The translations under genes and the position numbers were made by a program. From the NCBI RefSeq assembly GCF_964355755.1, contig NC_092678.1, positions 25,561,365 to 25,625,364 of the forward strand: 64,000 nt of DNA. The letters run 5' to 3'. Positions 23,301 to 33,500 of the stretch are shown in pieces (within the stretch, counting starts at the first letter, position 1; every line of letters begins with the position of its first letter). A model generated the notes under the pieces. It ran no database searches and was not told the DNA's origin. It saw only the letters and a program-made list of their open reading frames with translations. The DNA comes from Antedon mediterranea. Lineage: Eukaryota > Animalia > Echinodermata.

Positions 23301-26300
23301 AATATTTCATAAATGATAAAAATGATCCCGTCAGGTTGCAGAAAAATAAAAATAGTGATTATTTTATTTAAAAAAGTTAAATTTTAGTGGGGGCTAAAGC
23401 CTGTTTAGCAACCGCCTAAATTTGCGCCTGGTTACTTGTATATTTGGGCTGTCATCCCTATCGAATGTACTGTATCTACCAAAATGGTTTCAAACTTACT
23501 TAAATCACAGTCACACTCAAGGATGGTAGATGTCCTTATACTCTTCTTCTCCATTATCATGTTTAAAAATCCTCAACGATATAAAAACGTAGAAAGAAAT
23601 TATAACCCAAAAGGCCGATATATTTCAATCATTCCTTCACGAAACCATGATAAATCCAGTTGTTACGATGCCGAATTATTACCTTTAACTGTGATATATA
23701 CGACATAATGAAATATAGTAGGTAAGATTATATCCAAAAAGCAGGAAATGCATTTACACAATATTTCTTCCTTGTTATTTAGTTTTCAAAATAAAATCCA
23801 AATAAATGATATATAAATCACATCATTGTGTCTTGTCTATACTATCAAACACAATACAGTTGTTGAGGACAATGTGCGCTCGCTCTTTTCGTTGGTTGAA
23901 TTTTTTTTATATTAACCCCAACTTTCAGGAAGTAGTTGGTGTTTTTCTTTGCTAAAGTACTTTTTTCTTTTTATAGTATGTGACCTCACTCAGGATTTAT
24001 AAGATTTTCAGATATATGTAAAATGTGTAAAGTCCTGTTTATTCAGCGAGTTTGAGTTTTGATGAGTAATTACATATTGTATTAATTCTGTAGTCAGTAA
24101 CTACTTTATCTACTGTATATTAAAAATTAACTGAACATGAGGGAAAAAAGTATTCACATGAAGTAAATTAACTGAACATGAGGGAAAAAAAGTATTCACA
24201 TAAAGTAAATTAACTGAACATGAGGGAAAAAACGTATTCACATAAAGTAAATTAACTGAACATGAAGGAAAAAAAGTATTCACATGAAGGAAATTAACTG
24301 AACATGAGGGAAAAAAAGTATTCACATGAAGTAAATTAACTGAACACCATTAAAAGTATGTAGGCCTGCAGAATACAAACTAAACGCTAATATTCTTACT
24401 TATGTACAGTAGGACCCAGACTTTATATATTTTATTTTTTATTTCACCTTATTTATAGAGGCTGACAGTCACTGTATACAGTGTATAAAATATACATTTA
24501 TTACATGTCAACAATGCAATTCTTACATTGTTGAGTGTCTTTAAAAAACCTGTCTAAAATGTTTATTTTTTTAAGAATCTATTTAAAGCAAATTTCTACA
24601 AATAAGTTTAAAAAAAATAGGGATTATTATATTGTATATTTTAACCTGTGACCTTTTTGAATAAATGCCACAGTTTTTTTTCACTAGTATTTAGTCTTAT
24701 TGAGCCCCTTATAGACAAACCAAAAACTACTGTATCCTACAATAGATAATAAAGGCCCCTTAGAATTTCAAAATTCATAATTATATAACTTTAAATGTCA
24801 TGGCCTTTTATTTGGATCATATTCTATGATAAGGGGATGTCCTAATTAATTTATTAGGAACTTCAAGGTAAATTGTTATTTAGTATTATAACAAGTAAGG
24901 TTGGGGGAGGGGGTGTGTGAAGGGGGTGTTAAAGGGTGTGTGAAGGGGTGTTAAAGGGTGTGTGAAGGGGGTGTTAAAGGGTGTGTGAAGGGGGTGTTAA
25001 AGGGTGTGTGAAGGGGGTGTTAAAGGGTGTGTGGAGGGGATGTTAAAGGGTGTGTGGAGGGGGATGTTAAAGGGTGTGTGGAGGGGGGATGTTAAAGGGT
25101 GTGTTGAGGGGGGGGGGATGTTAAAGGGTGTGTTGAGGGGGGGGGGGGGGGTGTTAAAGGGTGTGTTGAGGGGGGGGGTGTTAAAGGGTGTGTGGAGGGG
25201 GTGTTAAAGGGTGTGTGGAGGGGGTGTTAAAGGGTGTGTGGAGGGGGTGTTAAAGGGTGTGTGGAGGGGTGTTAAAGGGTGTGTGGAGGGGGTGTTAAAG
25301 GGTGTGTGGAGGGGGTGTTAAAGGGTGTGTGGAGGGGGTGTTAAAGGGTGTGTGGAGGGGGTGTTAAAGGGTGTGTGTAAATTTAATTTACTTTATTTAA
25401 TTTTTGATTCTAAATTGTTTGTGCTTTATTTTATCTTTATAAATTATATTTATTTTAATTTAATTTTTATTTTTACATGCTTATGTGTCTTGTTATGATG
25501 TATTTCTTTGAGGGTCCCTAATCATCAGCTTCGGCTGGATGGACCACCCTCATAAAATATTGTTCAAAATTATTCAAAAATAAATAAACTATATTTTGTT
25601 GCAACAATTTCTATCAGCATTTTTAAAAACTAAGTTTCAGTGAAAAGAGACAAATCATGCTTGCGTGTACTGGATGACATTGCTATTTACTTTAATCATA
25701 CCATATTTCAATATCGTACTTAAACGGTTAATAAGTCTTACTTAGTTGCGGATAAGAAACTTAATCGCCATATCCCATAATAATCCTGTATATCCATTTT
25801 GCTTCTGACTTAAGCGTGTCTAGTTAGTCCATCCTTATCCCCCAGTCTTATTCACAAGTCTTCGTCTACTGCTTTTTTTATCGTCATACTGAGTTTAGCT
25901 TCTACCGTCGTTCAAGGACAAGTATCTCATTTAAGCCCATGGGGCAATTTCCCATTAGATTAGGGATTAACTAAGTACCTGCAAATTGGCAACTTAATCT
26001 TATTTTCAACGTCAACAAGAACTTATCAATCAAAATTTATGACAAAATTAAAAACTGAATGAATGGAGTAAAAATAATAAGTGTATACTTAATTTGTTTA
26101 ATTTTATATCTTTTTTTTAAATGTCATTGATTTAATTTATTGATTTGTATTTTGGTCAAACAATTTATTTTTAAATTTGAGATGGTTAGATAGAAATATG
26201 TTGTTCTCCATGGTTAGATTAAGTATAAACTAAAGTAGTGTACTTAAAGTTTGTGAAGAAAGACATGATAATCCTTTCAAATACTGATTTACAAATGATA

Positions 26301-29300
26301 ACAATAAATATATACTATACCTTATAATAATTCCTTTGCATAAGTTGTATAATAAATCCCAGAAAATGACATATGAACGTCAAATAATAAGTGTACAAAA
26401 TATTACATTGACAAGGATGATCGAGTGCACTATGAGGTGGTCTGGTATGAGTAAGTGGGTACTTTGAATGTTAGCACAAACTATTCTAAGCTATTCGTCT
26501 TGTTTCCTTCCTCTTACAAATAGGAAAGAAAATTGATTTAGACCATAATATATGTCAACAGTGAAGAATCCTTGATTCTGTTTTAGTTTCGAGAGAAATT
26601 AAAAACATTTTCAATAAGTGATTAATTAAAATCTAATTACAGAATTTAAGAGGGGGAGGGGGAGGGGAAGGTTAATTTAACTGTGCCATTCCATACTTGC
26701 TAACAAGCAGTAAGTAAGTACTTATATTGTTCAAAGAGGAAGTTCTATGATTATTAAAAATGACTAGTCTTTTTTTCAGTTATTTCATCACTAAATTATT
26801 CTTCTATGTCTACAACAATGCCATTGACATGTTAATTAATATTTTTATTTCTAAAAGATAAAGCTTACTTTTTTATTTAGTTTAAATCCGTAAAACAAAT
26901 GAAATACCTGGATGGTGTCTGGCGTGTAATAATTAAATGTAGTTATTTTTCTTCTTTTAAAGTACCAGGAGGGACCTCATATAAGTATGAACTAAGTGAA
27001 ATAAGGGAGATATTAAATTGGAAGACGGGTTTGTCTAACAACATAATTTGTTTTTTTTTTACCCTGTAACATAAATTTGTAGATTACTAAATTCAAACAC
27101 TTATTTTATTCTGTTTTGCAAATTGTAAAAAATGGTTTTAACTTTCAATTAAAGAATTAAATTGTCAAAATTGTATTATAACACTACTTGGCGCCACGTT
27201 AATTCTATAAATACTATAAATTAAGATAAAAGTTCATTAACCTTTTAATAAATAAAGTGAAACTCCTAAATTAAAAGTTTGTGAGTACTGTATGTCGCTT
27301 TATTGTTATTATCATTTTCTTCGTATATTTTATTTATACAATATATTTTGAGCAAAAGTGTGAGAGATGGTTTGAGAGTATTTAATTGAATGTTTTACGG
27401 CATTTTTCTTTTTCTTCACATAATAAGAAGGATAGTTACTGTACATCATATTTTAAGAAAATTTACTTTTTCAATCATTAACGGAAGAGCTTTGCTTGTG
27501 GTGTTTTTGGTTTGTTTTTATTAAAAAGGTCCTCTTTTCCAATCCTACTTTGTTATCAATCATTTTTTCTTTAATAATCTAGTTGACTGTTCATGTGCAG
27601 TGACACATTATCTATATCTACTCAGATGTGCACATTATTCACACACACGCTGTCTTGATGAGTCTTTGATTGATTAATTGTAAAAACAATATATACATTC
27701 AATACACATTCCTTCATTGTATCCAGCAGGCTCTGAATTACCTAAAAGTGCACTTTATAAGCACATCATCCAATCGACCCAGCTTGTCTCTCTTTCCTTA
27801 TTTAAATTTTTGGAAATTACAAGCCAAAAGATAGAACAGTTAAGTTCAGTACTAAATTTTACAACTTTTGAGCCCTGTCCCCTTAAATCATATACAAAGT
27901 TCCTTAAAAATGTTTCAAAAATCAACTAACAGAGAAAATTTAAGAAACTAATCGTTTTGTATACAAACGTTTCAGAATAGTATAGTTTAAATAGCAATTC
28001 AAGTTTAAAGACAAACATCTCTTGTGTTGATCTTGTTTTCAATTTTATTATCATCTTTTAATTAAGATTGACACAGTTTTAATTTAGTTTATGCTGTTTA
28101 AGTCAAGGTTTTCCTTTGACCGTGATTGGTTGAAACAATTAACCTAGCTACTGGCAGCGAATCAGTTGGCAATGTACTATTCCTATTGTAGGTTTGTTGA
28201 ATTTTAATATTTCATTTTAAAATTTATGTTGAATTATTGAATCTCATAAATTCCCCATGGATAAACAGCCCTTTAAGTTTGAACTTAATAATTGTTTTTG
28301 TTTTGACTTGTATAGTATAAAACAATCAAGTCCTTCACAATAACAATGGCAAAGTTACAATTTTGACAAATTGTATTTAATTATTGATATTAATGAGAGG
28401 CGGGAATAATGAAACGAATTGATTGAAATGTTATATTAAAATTTAAATAGAACTTTTTAATTCAATAGTTTATTTGTTGCAATTGTACAGTATGTTATAA
28501 AGTATTTTAAAGTATTTTAAAAGTGTTTAAAGGCCAGGTACGGGCAAAAAATTTCTATTGATCATACATTCCAATAATTATCGATCTATAGTTTCCCCTA
28601 TGTTTCATAATTTTGGGGATTTTATTTGTGTTACATGAGCTTGTTGAAAATAAGCACTTTCTTATCAGTGGGGGGATAGTTCAAATTACACAGTAAAATC
28701 TCTATTCTTTTGTACACAAATTTTGTAAATAGAGAGGCATTTTAAAAAGCTATGAAAAATAAACAGTGTGGTAAAAAATGTTATCAGATGACTAAATATA
28801 GGTAATATAACTTGAATTTTACATTTCTTGTATTTTTATTCAACTTCAGATTTTTATTTTTATGCTATAGCAAAAATTATCCACCGTATATCCACCATCT
28901 TTTTTCACCTTCTAGGTAGTCACCAGACATGCTATTACATTAGGTTAAACTACCTAACTACTGAAAAAAGGTCTTCCTGGTTTTTATGGCAGAATGTTGC
29001 CAAATTTTCTATTTGATCATATTAAGGGAAATTCATGTTTTTTCGTCTTGATTTCTGTTACAAATATTTGATTTATGTACAATTAACCAAATATTATATT
29101 TAAAATTCATGCCTGTACCTGAGCTTTATCCTATTATCATGACAACTTGAAGACACCTTTCGTAGAATTTTTTTTTTTATAATCCCAACGAATAAAGTCT
29201 ATGTATGTCTATTGTTCATAGTACAGTATTGAATAATGTTCTTAAACTATGGCTAAAATTAAGATCAAACAGATGTACTTAACTAAGATCAAAGTAAAGG

Positions 29301-29748
29301 CCAATTTACACAGACGAGCGGTAAAAGTAAGCAGAAAACCACATAGAATCTACTATCCTGAGCGGAAACTGCATGTCCGCATTTTCTGTAAATGGTCAGA
29401 AAAAATAACATAGATTATATATTGTTGTTACCGTTACCACTGGTCTGCTGCTCAGCATTGTGTGTAAATGGCCATAAGGAATAGCATTCAGTCTATTTGT
29501 ATTACCGTTACCACTGGTCTGTGTATTGGCATTCTGCAAATGAGTATCTTCATATATTTGATTACACAAACAACGTTTTAAAGCATATTGTGTTTTTAAT
29601 ACTCACCTTTTGTCCACGAGTAGTTTATTTTCCGTGTTTTTGGAAATTGCTTTCGAGGCAAAATAGTTTTTTTCTTGAAAGATCTTTGGAAACTTTTCGA
29701 AATCTGTTGCTTAAAACACGCCCAGCGCGAACTGTTAGTATTTTCCAT
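2312..29748 (-). CDS. Unidentified multi-exon gene (low-complexity, charged N-terminal region); probably continues beyond the left edge of the window
   Basis: Frame-compatible chain with canonical splice sites: 29748-29607 (MENTNSSRWACFKQQISKSFQRSFKKK...WTK G|gtgagt, phase 1), 7546-7364 (ttctcttaaag|GDYNSSGSTVKKKERSS...DDDDDEDKL|gtaatt, 183 nt), 2590-2312 (ttttgcag|DLEFDFDPLNNVPLRPSSATRDDEFFSRRRSRSVPNL...EEEEEE G|gtaggt, 279 nt). No recognisable domain inside the window. Confidence 0.6.
3338..3525. mobile_element. TA-flanked MITE, family B (Tc1/mariner-pogo-like)
   Basis: TA|CAG(T)CAA.CTC ... GAGAGTTGACTG|TA ends with internal AATACCAGACT repeats; homologous copies at 17236 and 60727. Confidence 0.75.
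4686..4800. mobile_element. Degenerate copy of MITE family A
   Basis: cccaaatat..gtgatatg units, catgtccatatatgggcacatcacatttt core and a decayed right TIR. Confidence 0.65.
5573..5669 (-). CDS. Candidate alternative first exon (MYNTVYTIDHVDILRRENRETRKNRPNGVCLE)
   Basis: 97-nt ATG-led frame, AG|gttagt donor, phase 1; locally less AT-rich than the flanks. Confidence 0.3.
6428..6695. mobile_element. hAT-like MITE carrying a 23-bp G-rich minisatellite
   Basis: CAGTGGTGGATCCAAG ... CTTGGATCCGCGCCTG inverted ends; about 7 copies of GGGTGGGTGAGCGGGCCAGCTGG at 6510-6676. Confidence 0.6.
6920..7220. repeat. Degenerate tandem duplication of roughly 120-130 bp
   Basis: tgtgatca..attctaggaata.ggaag.c..gtggtgtacct ... 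tgtcactaggacatat ... tagtcctaata occurs twice, plus a partial third copy. Confidence 0.7.
8563..8668. mobile_element. Partial copy of MITE family C
   Basis: ttgaccaatcaca...gcgttgca.cctagtgggaacca matches the element at 56531-56714. Confidence 0.65.
8714..9175. mobile_element. Tandemly duplicated MITE family A copies together with their flank
   Basis: Two copies of flank + TIR (ctacactatcaaactagtttgacaaa) + 21-bp units; the flank recurs a third time at about 9136. Confidence 0.8.
10502..10773. mobile_element. hAT-like MITE family G with a partial internal duplication
   Basis: CAGGTGCTGATTTAGG ... CTGGATCCGCCCCTG (ends 10675), with the right half repeated to 10773; reverse-complement homologue at 23265-23430. 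Confidence 0.7.
11247..11310 (-). mobile_element. LINE (L2-like) 3' end remnant
   Basis: Reverse complement nearly identical to 25508-25590 (gagggtccctaat.atcagcttcggctggatggaccaccctc ... aataaataaa); stem-loop plus tail architecture. Confidence 0.5.
11926..12085 (-). CDS. Candidate alternative first coding exon (MERPKEVPHRKFVKVHRYVFDDDEYVRAFHLRKQMASLKIKSLLSVFENEQAK)
   Basis: 160-nt ATG-led frame with protein-like composition, AAG|gtaggg donor in phase 1, compatible with the acceptor at 7546. Confidence 0.5.
12866..13566. mobile_element. 701-bp non-autonomous DNA transposon with TIRs of about 43 bp
   Basis: ATGCCGTGGTTAGGATTCCGGCACCGGAACTCAA.TGCCCAG and its inverse; flanked on both sides by TTA (within a ttaatta direct repeat). 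Confidence 0.85.
14451..15031 (-). mobile_element. Helentron/Helitron2-type non-autonomous element (HINE/DINE-1-like)
   Basis: Minus strand starts TTACCTCCGCCAAGGAGGTA (hairpin), then a (GTTT)n microsatellite, and ends GGCGGAGGTATGCACTCTCGGAGTGGCTTTCTAGTT (subterminal inverted repeat plus short hairpin) in a T-rich insertion context. Confidence 0.75.
15300..15415. repeat. Direct tandem duplication of about 55 bp
   Basis: ctataatcattgata.gcctacaaactggtgcatatgtctgtgtacataaaatc x2. Confidence 0.85.
17236..17406. mobile_element. MITE family B copy (opposite orientation)
   Basis: Reverse-complement match to 3338-3525. Confidence 0.7.
19964..20015 (-). CDS. Candidate alternative first exon (MWYQCKLLLHRTSSEHK)
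   Basis: 52-nt ATG-led frame, consensus AAG|gtgagt donor, phase 1. Confidence 0.35.
20440..20618. mobile_element. MITE family A copy
   Basis: ctctgtctacacta ... ttgatagtgtagacagct TIRs with four 21-bp units. Confidence 0.8.
20632..21691. mobile_element. 1060-bp non-autonomous hAT-like DNA transposon with 5-bp TSD
   Basis: TGTAT|CAGGGCCGTAGCCAGG ... CCTGGCTACGGGCCTG|TGTAT with subterminal GGGGTTCG repeats. Confidence 0.85.
23142..23271. repeat. 32-bp minisatellite x4 abutting the MITE G terminus
   Basis: gctcccatgtgtatactgtgtgttaccagggg units. Confidence 0.9.
23265..23430. mobile_element. hAT-like MITE family G with 5-bp TSD
   Basis: GTTAC|CAGGGGCGGATCCAG ... CTAAATTTGCGCCTG|GTTAC. Confidence 0.8.
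23500..23560 (-). CDS. Candidate alternative first exon (MIMEKKSIRTSTILECDCDL)
   Basis: 61-nt ATG-led frame, consensus gtaagt donor, phase 1. Confidence 0.3.
24125..24346. repeat. Minisatellite of about 42 bp, roughly x5
   Basis: aattaactgaacatgagggaaaaaaagtattcacat.aagta units. Confidence 0.92.
24903..25378. repeat. G-rich 21-23-bp minisatellite (about 20 copies)
   Basis: gggggtgttaaagggtgtgtgga units with variable G-run length. Confidence 0.95.
25508..25590 (+). mobile_element. LINE (L2-like) 3' end remnant
   Basis: Homologous to 11247-11310; ends in aaataaataaa. Confidence 0.5.
28531..29125. mobile_element. Old non-autonomous DNA transposon of about 595 bp
   Basis: ttaa|AGGCCAGGTACGGGCAAAAAATTT ... 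AAATTCATGCCTGTACCTGAGCT|tta imperfect TIRs. Confidence 0.5.
29298..29532. mobile_element. MITE family D copy
   Basis: aggccaatttacacagacgagcggtaa end; homologues at 48146-48334 and 56498-56832. Confidence 0.7.
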
Positions 29749-29889
29749 GATTGATCTGATGCCGGACGATGATGATGAAAGATTACTATTGTCCAAAGCC
29801 GATTGGGATTAAGCGCTGAGGCCCTGAATAAAGCGTCCACACTTGCACAGAGTATCCAAATAAGTACACACTAAGTGATTTTTCATGGC

Positions 29890-30020
29890 TAGACTGGTAA
29901 AATAAACGGAAGTGGCGCATGTGACTGCAAATCTTGGGCGCGCAGGCAGTGTTTACCAATAAAGTTGTTGGTAATTATATTGAATAGCGCCTTCCTGCTA
30001 ATAAGCGCTGCCTCTCGGTT
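29890..30020. promoter_or_regulatory. Probable bidirectional promoter between the left-hand minus-strand gene and the CRYZL2-like gene
   Basis: Locally GC/CpG-richer patch with an ETS-type CGGAAGT motif and GCGCATG, lying between divergently oriented coding exons. Confidence 0.4.
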
Positions 30021-30591
30021 GATTACAAATAATTATGACATTGGATTAATTCCAACTTTTTCCTTTTCCTAATTGTATTAATTTGTTTCATGTTTGAGAG
30101 ACATGTATAACATGGCTTGTGGAACTATGTGTACATTATTAATGTATTCAGAACATGAATGCTTTCTTTTGTATTAGATTTAAATTCAGGGCCAAATATT
30201 TGACTTTAGTACTATGATGATACAATCACAAAAAAAAGTAATTTTTTCTTGAAATAACTTAATTTAAATCGTTTTGACGCCATCCTTCCGCTTAGTAAAG
30301 TTCTGAATGCATGTTATTTTTTTATAATATTTTTCTTCAATTTTAATACATATTTTGACTTAGATATTTGATGTACATTGTCATTTTATTCTTGTTTTGA
30401 TTAGTACTGTATTATTAAACGTTTTTTTTTTTCAGAAGAGCATCGATAATAATTTGATGATTCAATCTTTATTGTCCTTTCATTCTTGATTTGAAAGACT
30501 ATTTTGTTCTTAACAGCATTAATAATAATTTTGATGATTTCATTATTTTATTCTTGATTTTATCTTTAATATTAAAGACTTTTTCTTTCAG

Positions 30592-33500
30592 AAGAGCATC
30601 AGTAATAAAATGTAAGCCTGTGTTTAGTAGGACAAAGACGCATCAAGCAGCCGTCTGCAAAGAACTAGGAAAACCGCTTTTGATTACACAAGTTCCTTCT
30701 GTACAAGATTTAACGGGAAGCCAGGTAACTGAACATAATCATATTCTTTATTTCAGTTCAGTTCAGTTTTATTCGGTTCACTCAAAAATACAAAGACAAA
30801 CATAACAGAAAAAAAAAGCACAAGATAGCAATATTAATAGAATGAACCGAGGAATAACCCAAGAAAGTTTAAAAGAAAACTTATTTCCATTGGGGTCCTT
30901 AGATATAAAAATAACACTGATTATTCCACTTAAAGCGCCCTATGACTACTGAAAGGTTAAAAAATTGTACAGTAAACATGATAAAGATTACACAGTATTT
31001 TGATAAAATGTGATTTTACATATTTAAAATTTAAAACGTAGTTAAAATATTGCAATGTTTAAACGTTTAATTGCACCTAATACAATTGCCTAAAGTTAAA
31101 AATATATAAAATACTTTATTTATTTATTTTTTTATTTGAGGTTTTTAAGCACATGTGGCCAAGGATTACCATTAGTAAATTAATCACTGTCCTATCAGAT
31201 AGGTGCTAATCCCCTTCACTGTCCTATCAGATAGGTGCTAATCCCCTTCACTGTCCTATCAGATAGGTGGTAATCCCCTTCACTGTCCTATCAGATAGGT
31301 GCTAATCCCCTTCACTGTCCTATCAGATAGGTGGTAATCCCGTGATACAGGTGCTATTTAGTGAACAAGTTCACCAGGATAACCCCCTACTCATCTTGAA
31401 TGATGAACTGAATTGTTTAAAAGTGCACAGATTATAACTGTGTACAGTGGATAACAGAAAATGTGTAATTTTTGTCCATTATTATTTCTTTTCTTTTCTA
31501 GGTACGAATCGCTGTTCGGTCATGCGGAATAAACTTTGCAGATGTTCTTTTAGCAGCAGGGTTGTACCAAGAGAAACCCCCTTTACCATTTATACCAGGT
31601 ACAGTAAATTCAAAGGTTGGGTTCAAATCCTGGAATTGTACCAGGGTATTTCTCATAGCTTAAACTAAGCCAAGAATTAGTCACTAGAATGTATAAGCAC
31701 CTTTATTCAAATGTCAAATGAAACTTATAGTAGTCTTTAAATCTGTTCATTATTCATTTTTGAATGTTTATATTGACTCGTCTTTCCTTCCTCAAAAATG
31801 ATTTAGGTCATGCGTGTCAGTTAAAACAACAAAGAATTACTGCCACTTTGGCTTCTTTTGTAAGCTTTAGCAACGATTATTAAAACTTTAAAACCACTGG
31901 ATTTACTTTATCTATTCAATGTTAAAATTTCAAAGAGGAACAGAAAGACATTAGAAATAATTTGAGAAAGATGTAATGTATTGCACTACTCACTATAATA
32001 GTGTGTTTTTATTATTTCTTTTAAGATTTCTTGTACCAGTATTTTATATCAATAATGTTTGTCATTTGTTTTTGTCTAAACTACATCCTTAGTGACAATA
32101 AGCCACTAAAGTGACAATACCAACAAAATGTCCCCATAGAAATAGAATACAATTTTGGTTCAAATAAAATGTATTGTATTCTAGCCATTTGATTTGTTAA
32201 ATATTAGTTGTATATATTACACATGGGTAGGAAAATCATCCAAGCGGAAAACCCCTAACCGCATCACCCAAGTGTCGTGGACAAACCCGCATATCATCGC
32301 TTCACTTCTGATTTGATTATTTCATCCTGTTTTTACATTTCGTTATCAAAAGATCCTCAGTCAAGCAATCAAATGCTTAAGAAAACCAATTATTTACTCG
32401 CAAATTTCCTCTGAATGCGTGTGATATGATCAAGTAGCTCCTGTATTTTTTATTTTATTTTTTTCTAAAGTTCAAAAAATGGTTTTAAAATAATTTTGTA
32501 CAACTTTCTATGCATCATTTTTGTATATTTAATTGGTGTTATGATGGAGTAAGGGCAATTATTCTGTTTGCCTTGTGTTATTACTCCTGGTTAAAACTAA
32601 TAATTAATAATAACAACAACTAGATGATATTTTCTTCAAGATCTTCTTTTGTACTTATTTTGGAATGTAAAATATAGATAGTATGATTACATCTAATTGT
32701 GTAGTAACTTAGGTGGAGGGGAGGATCAATTGAAATTTTTAAATTTGTTTTGTTTAAATTTGACAAAGATCTTTTATGGTACCGGTAGAACTTTTAGATA
32801 TATGTTATGATTATTTGCTCCTGTATTTTTTTATTGTTGTCAATACGTTCTGCTTCATAGAATGTAAAAATATAATTTAGATGGAAGAATAAGTTGACAA
32901 AAGATCTTTTATGGTAAAATTTATATATAGAAATGACATCTGCTCCTCAATGTCAACAAATGATGACTACTGATGAAGTGGTATTGGACACATCAGCTTT
33001 ACTTGTTAAAACATGAATGAAATATTGTCATTTCGCATTAGTCATCAGCGTCATTATGATTCCGTGAGGATTGAGGAATTTTCAATGTCGTTCTGGAATG
33101 GACAACTGGTCAAATCCATCAGAATGTCATCTTCATTAGTATCTGACTAGGCGGGGTTAAATCATTCAATGTTGTGTGCGATTCTAAAGGTTTTTGTTTA
33201 CGGCCAGGAATTATTTGAAAATGACGCAAATTGATTTATAATTATATATTGTTTATTCTGTTATCATACATTCATATAATATATATCTTCATGCATGGAG
33301 AAATAAGTAATCCATGCTCTGTTATATTTTATTTTGGAATAAGAAAAAAATAGAAGTATAATTATTTAAGTGATTTTTCATTTTGATGGAGACATGTTTC
33401 TGTCTTTTTAATTTGCTTTTTAATTGAATAAGTAAGAATTGTAGTATTTTTTATTTATAAATCTGAAACTGAAGAAGTTTGAAAATCTCAGTGGAATCTA

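Noticed and set aside
25741-25797. Minus-strand frame MDIQDYYGIWRLSFLSAT ending at a gtaaga donor
   Set aside because: Phase 2, incompatible with the phase-1 acceptors of the gene; kept only as a counter-example
29747-29812. Plus-strand short ORF MIDLMPDDDDERLLLSKADWD as the CRYZL2 first exon
   Set aside because: It ends in a stop codon with no usable donor and overlaps the leader of the minus-strand gene
23142-31341. Regularly spaced 32-42-bp repeats (23142, 24125, 31185) as possible CRISPR arrays
   Set aside because: Units are head-to-tail with no unique spacers, there are no cas genes, and the context is eukaryotic
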